From NCBI GenBank assembly GCA_943356675.1, contig CALRFQ010000003.1, positions 1 through 56,494 on the forward strand: a stretch of 56,494 bases of DNA, written 5' to 3'. The stretch is from Candidatus Nomurabacteria bacterium (lineage in GTDB: Bacteria; Patescibacteriota; Minisyncoccia; Phycocordibacterales; UBA9973). A program made the position numbers and the translations under genes. Shown in pieces: positions 27,045 to 36,629 of the stretch (position 1 is the first letter of the stretch; each line of letters opens with the position of its first letter). The notes beneath the pieces were generated by a model. It saw only the letters and a list, made by a program, of their open reading frames with translations. It had not been told where the DNA came from and did not search any database.

Positions 27045-27689
27045 TTACAATTCAAAATTTTTGACTTTCTCTATATATGGAGCCACGGAATCATCATTTA
27101 TATCTTCCTGCTTGAAATTTAAGTGCGCAAAAATCTGATTTTCTATTTCTTTAATGTATTTGTGACGATTAATTCTCTCCTCTTCTGTAACATCATTCTT
27201 TCTTCCTTCGTATCTCTTCTTGCCATCCTCTGCTCTCTCATCGATAGTGAGCACACCATGAGGCCCAATACGAAAATCTGCATATGTTCCGATCTTTTTA
27301 TGAAAATCATTACTATGCATTACTTCCTCTATGTATGGATAACCGATGATACTTACAATATCGAAAACTGATTGCGGCATATTTAATTCTTTTATGATTT
27401 TAAGAGTTGCTTCATGCTCGTTGTCGCCATAACGTCTTACGAATTCGTCTTGCACTTCTTGCCAGTAAGATAAACCGTGCGGTTCTAAAAAATCAGGAAA
27501 ATAATCTAATTGGAATTTAATAATATTACCCAAATCATGGACCAGGCATGCCTTAACTACACTTTCTGTATCTATTGGGATATCCATCCCCTCGCAAATC
27601 TGCATAGCCACAGCAGTCACCCGCATCTGGTGCTCTCTCAAATTATTTATGATTTTATATTCGTCGTAAACTTCAGTTATTTTTTTCAT
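27045..27689 (-). CDS. HD-domain phosphohydrolase
   Basis: EHQMRV ... ACLVHDLG ... YADFR. Confidence 0.82.
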   Translation of the reverse strand: MKKITEVYDEYKIINNLREHQMRVTAVAMQICEGMDIPIDTESVVKACLVHDLGNIIKFQLDYFPDFLEPHGLSYWQEVQDEFVRRYGDNEHEATLKIIKELNMPQSVFDIVSIIGYPYIEEVMHSNDFHKKIGTYADFRIGPHGVLTIDERAEDGKKRYEGRKNDVTEEERINRHKYIKEIENQIFAHLNFKQEDINDDSVAPYIEKVKNFEL

Positions 27690-27694
27690 ATATA

Positions 27695-29395
27695 TTAAGA
27701 AACCTCTTGCTTATAGCACTCTTCACAAAACAATACTTTCTCTTTTTCTATTTTATAATTTGTTACAAACTCACTACTGCATACACCAGTGTGCCCATGT
27801 GATTCTATACTGCACATACAGCTACCCTGCCGTGACACCATCGGGTTTAATTTTTCCATTCTAGTATAAAATCTACAATTTGAACATACCTTAGGAATTG
27901 GGATATTAAAACGCTGATAAAACTTCAATTCCATTTCAGTTACCTTAAATGCTCCTACACAGCGATGATCACAAGATTGACCATCTGCGCACTCTATAAT
28001 TTTACCAATTATTGAATCGTCTATTTCAGATATCGTTTCCGGAAGATCACCTGTGTAGATATCCGGCGTATGGGTTGAAGGATTTGTGTTTATATTACCT
28101 CCTTTAAAATAGTCTGACGCAGAGGAAGCTTCATAACCAAATGGTGATAATTCATGAGGGAAGAATTCTCCATATCCATATTCTGCTCCATTTTTAGTGA
28201 TATAAGGCATTGAATTCATCTGCTCGATTATCTTAGAACGCAAAGTGAAATAATCTTCTTTTGAATACTGCTTATTGAAGATACAGTATTCTGCCTTTTT
28301 GAGGCCAATACAACCAAAAGAGTATGAAGACGAATGACAATCCACACAATACTCAAGATTGTGAGAAGACGGCCAGCACTCAAAACAGAACTTCAGATTT
28401 TGGCAACTCTCTCCACAGCTTATTGATTCATAGATTAATTCAGAAGAAATACCCCATGATGTGTAATCATACACATCCTTCGAATGGCGCACGAATTGGC
28501 AGTATCGAGCATTGTCTACATTGTGAAGTTCGAAACTATTGAAAACATTGTTGGAAGCATATATGTAATCCCCTGTTACATTCTTATTTCTATTACCATG
28601 CATAAATTGAACTGGGAATTCCTTTTGAAATTCATTAACCTTGCTAATGATTTCAGATATTTTAGTTCGTGAACCATCGTACAAAAGAGCAACCTCTTTT
28701 TCATATTCTTCTTTAGTGTATTCTTTATTAAAAATACAGTATTTTTTATTTCTTAGATTTACACAACCAAAGCAGTCCGTGCAATTCCGGCAATTATCTG
28801 AAAACCAAACATTGTAACACTGAGCACAATTAATACTAAAGAACACTCTCTCCGAATCCACAACAGAAAATGTCTCGTAGCAAAGCCTAGAATCTTTCGT
28901 CTGATATATATCCACACAATCACTACTTCCGCTGAAATGAAAGCCGTAGCAGATGTTCTCACTATTTTTGGCATTATATGATAGATATGCATTCTTAACA
29001 TTTGTAGCATTGTTTGAATAATCACTATTCACACAATCTTTCATTGCCCTATCACATAGCGGCACTGTGTGTAGCAAATTTGAAAACTGCTCAAAAAATG
29101 TTTTAGTGAAATCATAATCAATTCCATAGGATTTTGGATCCCACTCATCACTCCACCAATACTTGTGCTCAAAAATCTTTACCTTAGACTCTGGCGGATA
29201 TGCAGAGAAGATGAGCTCACCCGTCCTTTCCTCCTTTTTCCTAAAAAGGAAATGTTCATTCCTCCATAAATATCGCCTAAAAAGCCTGCACTCTGGGCAG
29301 AAAGTAGGTGCGGGTACCTCCATCTTTTGGTAGAAAGATATGTCGTCTTCCTCTACTTCAAAGCTATTCTTACAATTCTGGCAGGAGTTGGTCAT
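27695..29395 (-). CDS. CPR-type Cys-rich multi-zinc-ribbon protein, paralog 1
   Basis: CQNC...PTFCPECR, repeated CxxCxxCxxCFGC blocks, C-terminal CxxC motifs. Confidence 0.85.
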   Translation of the reverse strand: MTNSCQNCKNSFEVEEDDISFYQKMEVPAPTFCPECRLFRRYLWRNEHFLFRKKEERTGELIFSAYPPESKVKIFEHKYWWSDEWDPKSYGIDYDFTKTFFEQFSNLLHTVPLCDRAMKDCVNSDYSNNATNVKNAYLSYNAKNSENICYGFHFSGSSDCVDIYQTKDSRLCYETFSVVDSERVFFSINCAQCYNVWFSDNCRNCTDCFGCVNLRNKKYCIFNKEYTKEEYEKEVALLYDGSRTKISEIISKVNEFQKEFPVQFMHGNRNKNVTGDYIYASNNVFNSFELHNVDNARYCQFVRHSKDVYDYTSWGISSELIYESISCGESCQNLKFCFECWPSSHNLEYCVDCHSSSYSFGCIGLKKAEYCIFNKQYSKEDYFTLRSKIIEQMNSMPYITKNGAEYGYGEFFPHELSPFGYEASSASDYFKGGNINTNPSTHTPDIYTGDLPETISEIDDSIIGKIIECADGQSCDHRCVGAFKVTEMELKFYQRFNIPIPKVCSNCRFYTRMEKLNPMVSRQGSCMCSIESHGHTGVCSSEFVTNYKIEKEKVLFCEECYKQEVS

Positions 29396-29397
29396 CG

Positions 29398-30051
29398 CTA
29401 TTTCAATAATTTTTTCGCCTCAGCTTCTACAAGATTAGCAAATTCTTTCAATGAAGAATCATAATCCGTCCAAGTGTGCATGTATTTAGTCATTTGCTCA
29501 AATTTATCAAGTTCTAAATTTTTTGATTCTTTTTTCCAATCGATTATTTGAATCGTTGCTTCCAGCTTGTCTAGAGCGTAAGCAAAACAACCCTCAGGAG
29601 TTCTAGAATTTTTATCTGCTTTTGTATTAATGTATTCAGTAAATAAACCAAGAAATTCTTTGTGCAAATCTTCGGGCAATTCTTTGAATATAGTTTCAGC
29701 AGCAGACATTTCTCTATTATACTTTTCTTTAAAAGCATCTTCATTAAATGCATGACCTCCCCCACCATTGTGTTTAGCTACTGGACTATAATCAAGGGCA
29801 ACAATCTCAACAATATCATGAATAAGAATCATCTTTAAAACCTTTTCTAAAGAAACCTTTGTTTCTAAATACGGTGCAAGCATAACACCAGTGATTGCCA
29901 TACGGTAAGAATGCTCTGCTACACTATCCCATCTATCAATATTTTCATTCTCCCACCCAGGCATACCCTTAAAACGTAGAATATTCTTCACCTTATATAT
30001 TTCGTGTGTGAAGCTTAGAATCTTTATTAGGTTTTGTTCGTTATTATTCAT
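29398..30051 (-). CDS. HD-domain hydrolase (YfbR/HDDC2-like 5'-nucleotidase)
   Basis: DSVAEHSYR, ILIHDIVE, ALDKLE. Confidence 0.85.
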   Translation of the reverse strand: MNNNEQNLIKILSFTHEIYKVKNILRFKGMPGWENENIDRWDSVAEHSYRMAITGVMLAPYLETKVSLEKVLKMILIHDIVEIVALDYSPVAKHNGGGGHAFNEDAFKEKYNREMSAAETIFKELPEDLHKEFLGLFTEYINTKADKNSRTPEGCFAYALDKLEATIQIIDWKKESKNLELDKFEQMTKYMHTWTDYDSSLKEFANLVEAEAKKLLK

Positions 30052-30098
30052 AATAGTAAGTATAGCAAAAACCCGCTTAATAGCGGATTTTTGTATAA

Positions 30099-30572
30099 CT
30101 ATTTCTTATGTTCTGCGTAGATAAAGTCAGCGTCAATTTTCTGGTAAGAGAATACTTCATCGGCTTTAAAGAATCTCTTTACCTCTATTTCGCCATTCTC
30201 TACTGAATCAGATGCATGAACGATATTTGATTGAGTTGAAAGCGAGAAGTCACCACGGATTGTGCCAGCATTGGCCTCCCAAGCTTTTGTAGGACCTACT
30301 AGTAAGCGTAGTGCAGATATAGCATTGATACCTTCCACAGCCATAACAATAACTGGGCATGATTTCATAAAATCACGAATGCCTGGAAAAAATGGCTTAT
30401 CTTTAATATGAGCATAGTGCTCTTCTAGCACAGCATCTTCAATACTCATCATTTTTGTACCAATAATTTTAAGGCCCTTCTTCTCAACGCGGCTAATTAT
30501 CTCACCGATGAGGTTACGCTGAACTGCGTCTGGCTTTATAATTATCAATGATTTCTCGTGTGTTGGATTCAT
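30099..30572 (-). CDS. ndk: Nucleoside-diphosphate kinase
   Basis: IIKPDAVQR, HYA, GTIRGDF, NIVHASDS. Confidence 0.97.
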   Translation of the reverse strand: MNPTHEKSLIIIKPDAVQRNLIGEIISRVEKKGLKIIGTKMMSIEDAVLEEHYAHIKDKPFFPGIRDFMKSCPVIVMAVEGINAISALRLLVGPTKAWEANAGTIRGDFSLSTQSNIVHASDSVENGEIEVKRFFKADEVFSYQKIDADFIYAEHKK

Positions 30573-30641
30573 AAATTTCTTAAGTGAATTAATAAATAAT
30601 ACTGTAAATATAGCAATAAAAAGCTAAAATAGCAATTTAGA

Positions 30642-31190
30642 TTATTTATTATCTAGATCGTAAATTTGAGTGTCGTAGCCGCGGAATTCTTGGTCATTTC
30701 TTGATAGGCCGAAGCTTTCAAGCACCTTTAGTAAGTCTTCCACTACTTCATCTGGGTTCGCTTCATCGGCCGTCAATTTCTCAAGCTCCACGAAAGAGCC
30801 GAGCCTCTCCACTTCATCTAAGCAGATTTCATATTCTCCCAATTTCCCTTTTCTTCGCATTTTCTTTACTTCAAGCGCATACTTATATCCTAAGGCAAGG
30901 AGAATTTGATGCATGTTTTCTGGATCAGAGAGCTCTGTCTCATATTCCAAATTATCCATTTCATTCGACATCTGCTTTTTTAAAGTCAGGATTGCTACAC
31001 CTTTCGTGTAACGAATTCGGAACATCATATCACCTTCTTCGAAACCCTGGAATTCTTTATTGAGGCCCATATATGAATACTCCACATCACGCTGATGCAC
31101 AGCCTCTCCTAATACACACCCAGCTTCATTAAGCTTTTGTTCAAGTGAGCTTAAATCATTCACTTTCAGTTTTACTTCAATTTCGCGCAT
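30642..31190 (-). CDS. CYTH-domain protein (class IV adenylate cyclase / triphosphate tunnel metalloenzyme)
   Basis: EIEVK (ExExK), RIR, LTLK, EYET, KMRR, ELE. Confidence 0.88.
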   Translation of the reverse strand: MREIEVKLKVNDLSSLEQKLNEAGCVLGEAVHQRDVEYSYMGLNKEFQGFEEGDMMFRIRYTKGVAILTLKKQMSNEMDNLEYETELSDPENMHQILLALGYKYALEVKKMRRKGKLGEYEICLDEVERLGSFVELEKLTADEANPDEVVEDLLKVLESFGLSRNDQEFRGYDTQIYDLDNK

Positions 31191-31191
31191 A

Positions 31192-33915
31192 TTAACTAGT
31201 GTATTTTGCCATTATTTCTGCCTCGATTTCATCACGATCACGGCCGTACTTGAGGTATGAAAGCTCTTTTAAGCTATCTACTATCTGCGTATTTCCGGCA
31301 GGTGGTGCAAATGTAGATATGTTGAATGGCTTCGTCGGCTGACCGCCTATGAGCATACTAATGTAGGCATTTCTATTATCTATCTTCATTATGTCTTTCG
31401 CTGTGAATACTGGTTTAAATTTACTCTCGAGGAATTCTGCATCTTCAGCCCCAACACGGAAGACTGCCAATGAACCCACGTTTCCAAAAACTGCATTTTT
31501 GATTTTATCTTCAAGTTGAGAAATATACTGGTGAGCTACAGTAAGAGAAAGGCGGTACTTGCGAGCTTCAGAAAGAATTGATTCAATAGAGTCTGTTGTA
31601 ATATTTTGAAACTCATCTATATACAGGAAGAAGTCTTCCATTTTTTGACCATACATATCCACACGAGAAAGTGCTGCCATCTGAATCTTACCCACAAGAA
31701 GCAAACCAATTAAATTCGCATTTATATCTCCCAATCGTCCTTTTGATAAATTAACAAGAAGAATTTTTTTATTGTCCATGATGTCACGGAAATTAAATAC
31801 AGACTTTTCTTGAAGGACCACTGGGCGCATAATGTCGTTTGAAATAAAGTTGTCGAACTTTGATGAAATGTATGGCACGAAGTTTGCTAGTGATTGATCC
31901 CCAGTCGTCTGCTCTGCTCCTACCCAAAACTGTTTAATAATTGGATTTTTACATTTAGCAAGTTTCATATCTCGGAAAGCTTTGTCGCCCAAGACTCGAG
32001 TGATTTCAAGCAGAGTACAACCAGATTCCGGATCCTCCATCACAAGGAAAGCACTGTTTCGGAAATATTGCTCAAACATAGCTCCTCCACCAGTTTTCAT
32101 ATCAAAAAGCTTGTTGAAAATATTCATTAATTCATTCACTACGAATGTCTTTTGTTCAGGATACTTCGGGTCAAACTCAAGCATGTTGAGACCCATAGGA
32201 CGTGGAGTATAAGCTGGGTCAAAGTAGATCACATCATCTATGCGCTCTTTCGGCACATAAGAAAGAATGTCTTGAATATCAGTCCCGTGTGGGTCTATAT
32301 AGCACACGCCGTGCCCGGCTGCGATATCCTGCGCGATCATATTTTTCATTATTGTAGTCTTACCTGTACCAGTCTGACCGATCACATAGAAGTGACGCAT
32401 ACGATCCTCAGGAGCAAAGAGAATGTCTGTCTCCCGGCCACGATAACTATTGTGACCAATTTTAATGCCCTCATTCCCCATTTCCATTGGAGCAGGTGCA
32501 ATACCAGCCTTTGCTTGCTTGAGCTGTGGAGAATCTTCAATACCATATGGGAAGTGAAAAATAGTTGCAAGCTCTTTTAAATTTAGAGGCATTTTCAAAG
32601 TATCACTGAATGTACGATAAGAATAGTCGTGAAGTAATTCACGGAGCTCTGGACCTTTCGGATGATGAAAATCAAAACCGTTTCGATCCGCTTCCGTGAA
32701 CTGGTTGAATGATGACTCAATATCATTAAGAATTTGCTTTGCTCTGTCTTCTGTCTCAGCTGATGCAACCACACGAATATTTGTGGCCATTATAGTGCTC
32801 TTTAATTTCTCTGTGATAGCTTCCACAGCTCTGTCATTCACCTTCTTCTCCTCTTTTTGCTTACTGGCTCCAAAGATTAATTCTTTTGCCATTTTTCCAA
32901 ATTCTTTTCCAATCTGGCGGCCCACAGATGAAGCAGTGCGCACAGACATTCCCTCTTTCACATCATTTAGGACTATGCGAAATTCTTTTACAATATCATC
33001 ATCCTCAGGACAAATCGAGAACTGAATAGAGGCACCTTCACCTTCTTTTTTTAATTTAGAAAAGACATTGAGAATAATGTTTAGTGGATCATGCTCGATG
33101 GTATCGTACATCTTTATCGGATACACATCATGGTGCGCGAGTGAAGCATAGCTCGCTGCTGTGTGCCCACCGTCGGTAAATACATTATAATCATCTGGCA
33201 CTTCATTTATCTTTGCATGAGCGTGCACACCAAGGATCTGCTTCTCAAAAAGGTCAGCTTTATTGGAAGGCACTGCAGTGTAGAATATAAAATGATCACT
33301 ATTATTAGAAATCGCAACCTCTAGAGTGAAGTGACTTCGATTATAATTCTGGCGATTCTCTCCCACTGAATGCATACCCGCATAAAACTGCTCCATTGTA
33401 GATAGTAATTCTTTAAGACCCTTTTTATCATCGTCCGTTGGTTCTGGAAGAGTAATCTCGAAAAGCTTCATGTCGAGCGACTTCCAAAGTGGCGTGCCCT
33501 CCTTAAGCCCTGGCACAGTGTGCGTGGAGACTAGGTACTGCACGAGGAAACGATGGAAGTCATCGTCTAAGTGAGGATTCTCCATCTTCGCAATTACAGA
33601 AAGCGCAGTGGACACTCCTTTCTCAAGAAGCACCCCTAGTAACTCTTCCATCTTTGCATCATGATTCTCGGGCTTCAAATGTAGCACTAGCTGCTGCACT
33701 TCTTTCTCAGGCATAGCCACCGATGGATGCATTACTTCAGTATGAGGAGTTTGGCGATAAGTACTAAGTGCTTCGTGTGCGAGCTGCTCTTTCGTAACTT
33801 CAGTGCCTTGGTGCGCCATCGCTTGCTCACGCTCTGCAATATGCGCACGCAAAAATTGCAGCTCTTCTTCAGGAGTTTTAAATTTCGGAATATTATTCAA
33901 AGAAAAATTTTCCAT
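31192..33915 (-). CDS. VirD4/TraM-like (HerA/DUF87) P-loop ATPase, 907 aa
   Basis: RMRHFYVIGQTGTGKT, YIDPHG, YIDEF, SEARKY, AHQYISQL, NVGS. Confidence 0.85.
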   Translation of the reverse strand: MENFSLNNIPKFKTPEEELQFLRAHIAEREQAMAHQGTEVTKEQLAHEALSTYRQTPHTEVMHPSVAMPEKEVQQLVLHLKPENHDAKMEELLGVLLEKGVSTALSVIAKMENPHLDDDFHRFLVQYLVSTHTVPGLKEGTPLWKSLDMKLFEITLPEPTDDDKKGLKELLSTMEQFYAGMHSVGENRQNYNRSHFTLEVAISNNSDHFIFYTAVPSNKADLFEKQILGVHAHAKINEVPDDYNVFTDGGHTAASYASLAHHDVYPIKMYDTIEHDPLNIILNVFSKLKKEGEGASIQFSICPEDDDIVKEFRIVLNDVKEGMSVRTASSVGRQIGKEFGKMAKELIFGASKQKEEKKVNDRAVEAITEKLKSTIMATNIRVVASAETEDRAKQILNDIESSFNQFTEADRNGFDFHHPKGPELRELLHDYSYRTFSDTLKMPLNLKELATIFHFPYGIEDSPQLKQAKAGIAPAPMEMGNEGIKIGHNSYRGRETDILFAPEDRMRHFYVIGQTGTGKTTIMKNMIAQDIAAGHGVCYIDPHGTDIQDILSYVPKERIDDVIYFDPAYTPRPMGLNMLEFDPKYPEQKTFVVNELMNIFNKLFDMKTGGGAMFEQYFRNSAFLVMEDPESGCTLLEITRVLGDKAFRDMKLAKCKNPIIKQFWVGAEQTTGDQSLANFVPYISSKFDNFISNDIMRPVVLQEKSVFNFRDIMDNKKILLVNLSKGRLGDINANLIGLLLVGKIQMAALSRVDMYGQKMEDFFLYIDEFQNITTDSIESILSEARKYRLSLTVAHQYISQLEDKIKNAVFGNVGSLAVFRVGAEDAEFLESKFKPVFTAKDIMKIDNRNAYISMLIGGQPTKPFNISTFAPPAGNTQIVDSLKELSYLKYGRDRDEIEAEIMAKYTS

Positions 33916-33940
33916 GTTTTTATTATATCACAATCTAATA

Positions 33941-34100
33941 AGCGATAGTACAAAAACATATAGGAAAAGCCTTGCGCAGGAGCTTAGAAAATAAATGAGG
34001 CTATGTTAATTGCCGATTATTATTTTCTTGAGTGACGAGCAGAGCAAAAATCCAGCAGGATTTTATGTGTGCTTTTATCATATGTTTTTGTACTAAAGCT
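33941..34100 (+). repeat. Structured element family A, copy 5 (expanded, at the map stop)
   Basis: Perfect 16-bp IR 33946-33961/34080-34095; GCA-AAAATCC-AGCA-GGATTTT-A-TGT; TGACGAGC. Confidence 0.75.
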
Positions 34101-34867
34101 TAAAAAGTAGTTAGTATTTCCGCATCACCTTTGGTGATAAGCACTGTGTGCTCGAAGTGTGCACTCTTGGAACCATCTGCAGTTTTAATAGTATAGCCAT
34201 CGTCCATTACTGTGATGTGAGCACTTCCGATGTTTAGCATTGGCTCAATCGCAATAACCATCCCTGGCACAAGCTTGGTGCCCTTGCCTGCTTTACCATA
34301 ATTGGGTACATAAGGATCTTCATGAATTTCCACTCCCACGCCGTGACCTGAAAGCTCTTTAACTATTCCGTATCTTTTATGCACGAATGATTCGATAGCA
34401 TTACCAATGTCCCCCACAGTGTTGCCACCGCGAGCAGCCCATATGCCTACCTCAAGTGCTTCCTTTGTAATATCTAGGAGTTCTTGATCACGCTTGGAAA
34501 TCTTGCCTACGGCTACTGTGACTGCATGGTCTGTAAATAGGCCTTTATGATTCACACCAAGGTCAAGAGAAACAATATCACCCTCTTTTAGTATCACACT
34601 ACCCTTTGGGATACCGTGCACAATCTCACTGTTTACAGATGTGCAAAGTGACGCTGGATATGGCTTATGGTGACCGTCTGGACGGTAGTTCAAGAAGGCT
34701 GGCTTGTCACCACCCTCCTTTATGAGCTCATGAGCGTACCTATCGAGCTCTAAGGTCGAAATACCAGGCTTAACCTTCTTGGCCACCTTATTTAGTATTG
34801 TCCCGAGCCTTTTACCACCTTCCCTTAAGGTCTCAATCTGCTCACTAGTTTTTATGTAAATTGCCAT
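34100..34867 (-). CDS. map: Methionine aminopeptidase type I
   Basis: SVNSEIVHGIP, DLG, DHA, GHGVG, HEDP, AIEP, AHFEHT. Confidence 0.97.
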   Translation of the reverse strand: MAIYIKTSEQIETLREGGKRLGTILNKVAKKVKPGISTLELDRYAHELIKEGGDKPAFLNYRPDGHHKPYPASLCTSVNSEIVHGIPKGSVILKEGDIVSLDLGVNHKGLFTDHAVTVAVGKISKRDQELLDITKEALEVGIWAARGGNTVGDIGNAIESFVHKRYGIVKELSGHGVGVEIHEDPYVPNYGKAGKGTKLVPGMVIAIEPMLNIGSAHITVMDDGYTIKTADGSKSAHFEHTVLITKGDAEILTTF

Positions 34868-34907
34868 ATATCACCCTATAATACATTTCAAACCCACTTT
34901 TGGCAAA

Positions 34908-36608
34908 TTATAAATATTCACTTTTATAACAAGTTTTGCAATAAATAACTGGTGCCCTTTCCTTGGAATAATGAGTTTTAAAATCAATTTGGCATTTATC
35001 ACATACTCTATCGTGGAGTTTCATATTCTCAACCCAAACATCTACCTTTTCCCAAATACGACAGAATGGGCATTCTCTAGGCAATGGTAAATTATGCTGC
35101 TTTAAAAATTGTAATTCTTGAGGAATAACTTTAAACCCACGTGGGCATTTTGCGCAAGACAAAACTTCATTTAATATACCTTGATCAACATCATTTATAT
35201 TATCTAAAATATCTTTATTTTTTATTGTAATATTGTATTCTTTTTCTTCCGGATAATACCACTTCAGGCCTTTTTCTATAACCACCTCTTTATTTAGAGG
35301 AAAAAATCTCGAAGCAAAAGTATCATTATATGCATGAGGTGAAAATTCTGGTGGGAAAAATTCACCATACACATATCTTTGACCATTATTACTTACATAT
35401 GGGTTACGATTCATATCTTCAATTATTTTTAATCGCAATCTGAAATATTCATCTTTTGAATACTGTTTATTTAAAATACAATATTCAGGTTTTTTCATTG
35501 AGACACAACCAAAATGAAACGATCCCCCAGTTGATAATTTGGAATACTCTATATCGTGTATACCATGCCCACAGTCATGACAAAATTTTATATTTTGAGC
35601 TTGATCACCTACGGTCATACATTCATAAACTTGCTGAACATTTCCGCCCCAGTCAGTATAATCATAAGAATCATTAACCCTACCCAATTTGATCAACATT
35701 AAAAATTTTGAATCTTCTGAATCAACGACATCGAAAGAGTTTTTAACGTTCTTTGAATGAAATACATAACTTCCAGATATATTTTGGGAAAGTGTATCCC
35801 ACACAGGTCGAGGAGATACAGTATTATAATATTCTTGAACTTTACTCTTCCAATATTGATATTGTTCATTTGAACCTAAATCAATTTCCTCTAATCTCTT
35901 TAGATATTTTTCTTTATCTAACTGCTCACCTAGAAAAGCATATTGCATATTTTTTCCACTTGATAAACCAAAACACTCATGACAACCTTCACAATCTCGA
36001 ATAAAAAATGAATTGTAACAAGATCTATTGTTGCCAGTAGCACAAACTATATTATAAGATTTATAAACATGAGATGAGTCATAACATCCATCTACCTCCA
36101 TTATTGTCCCACTATTATATACATTTTTTACATTTGTATATTGAAAACCAAAGCACGAATCCTCTACTAGGTATGAATAAAAAATCAAATAACAATTCTT
36201 TGAATCACCAACGTGATTAGTATAGGGAGAAAGTTCAGATGTTATTTTGTCGGTTGAAAGACCAAATACAGGCGTTTTATGAAGAAGTTCATTCCATTGT
36301 TCAAAAAAATTTCTATTTTCATCATATTCCATCGCATAGTCTCTGGCATCCCACTTATCACTCCACCAGCATTTTGTGCAGTAAACTACGTAAGGAGCTT
36401 CGGGTTCATACATTGAAAGTTTTTCCTCACCGCACAGATCACATTTACGTTTAAAGAGAGCTGAACCCTTCATCCAGATTAATCTCCTCTGTAATCTACA
36501 CTCTGGGCAAAATGTCGGCGCTGGGACTTTCATTTTCTGATAGAAAGAAAAATCATCTTCTTCGATGTTGAAATCCTTCTTACAATTTTGGCAGTTTCGG
36601 GTTTCCAT
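34908..36608 (-). CDS. CPR-type Cys-rich multi-zinc-ribbon protein, paralog 2 (start at METRNCQ)
   Basis: Same architecture as 27695-29395 (FYQKMxVPAPTFCPECR; YGEFFP; PRECPFCR). Confidence 0.85.
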   Translation of the reverse strand: METRNCQNCKKDFNIEEDDFSFYQKMKVPAPTFCPECRLQRRLIWMKGSALFKRKCDLCGEEKLSMYEPEAPYVVYCTKCWWSDKWDARDYAMEYDENRNFFEQWNELLHKTPVFGLSTDKITSELSPYTNHVGDSKNCYLIFYSYLVEDSCFGFQYTNVKNVYNSGTIMEVDGCYDSSHVYKSYNIVCATGNNRSCYNSFFIRDCEGCHECFGLSSGKNMQYAFLGEQLDKEKYLKRLEEIDLGSNEQYQYWKSKVQEYYNTVSPRPVWDTLSQNISGSYVFHSKNVKNSFDVVDSEDSKFLMLIKLGRVNDSYDYTDWGGNVQQVYECMTVGDQAQNIKFCHDCGHGIHDIEYSKLSTGGSFHFGCVSMKKPEYCILNKQYSKDEYFRLRLKIIEDMNRNPYVSNNGQRYVYGEFFPPEFSPHAYNDTFASRFFPLNKEVVIEKGLKWYYPEEKEYNITIKNKDILDNINDVDQGILNEVLSCAKCPRGFKVIPQELQFLKQHNLPLPRECPFCRIWEKVDVWVENMKLHDRVCDKCQIDFKTHYSKERAPVIYCKTCYKSEYL

Positions 36609-36629
36609 ATAAAGTCGCACCCCCTATTT

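Noticed and set aside
31192-33915. Conjugative element around the VirD4-like ATPase
   Set aside because: There is no relaxase, VirB gene, integrase or att site, and the gene is flanked by housekeeping genes.
5539-34100. Family A or B as CRISPR repeats
   Set aside because: The copies are dispersed over kilobases, with no regular spacers and no cas genes.
27695-36608. Cys-rich paralogs as DGR template/variable repeats
   Set aside because: There is no reverse transcriptase. The similarity is protein-level and diverged throughout, not an adenine-specific near-identical repeat.
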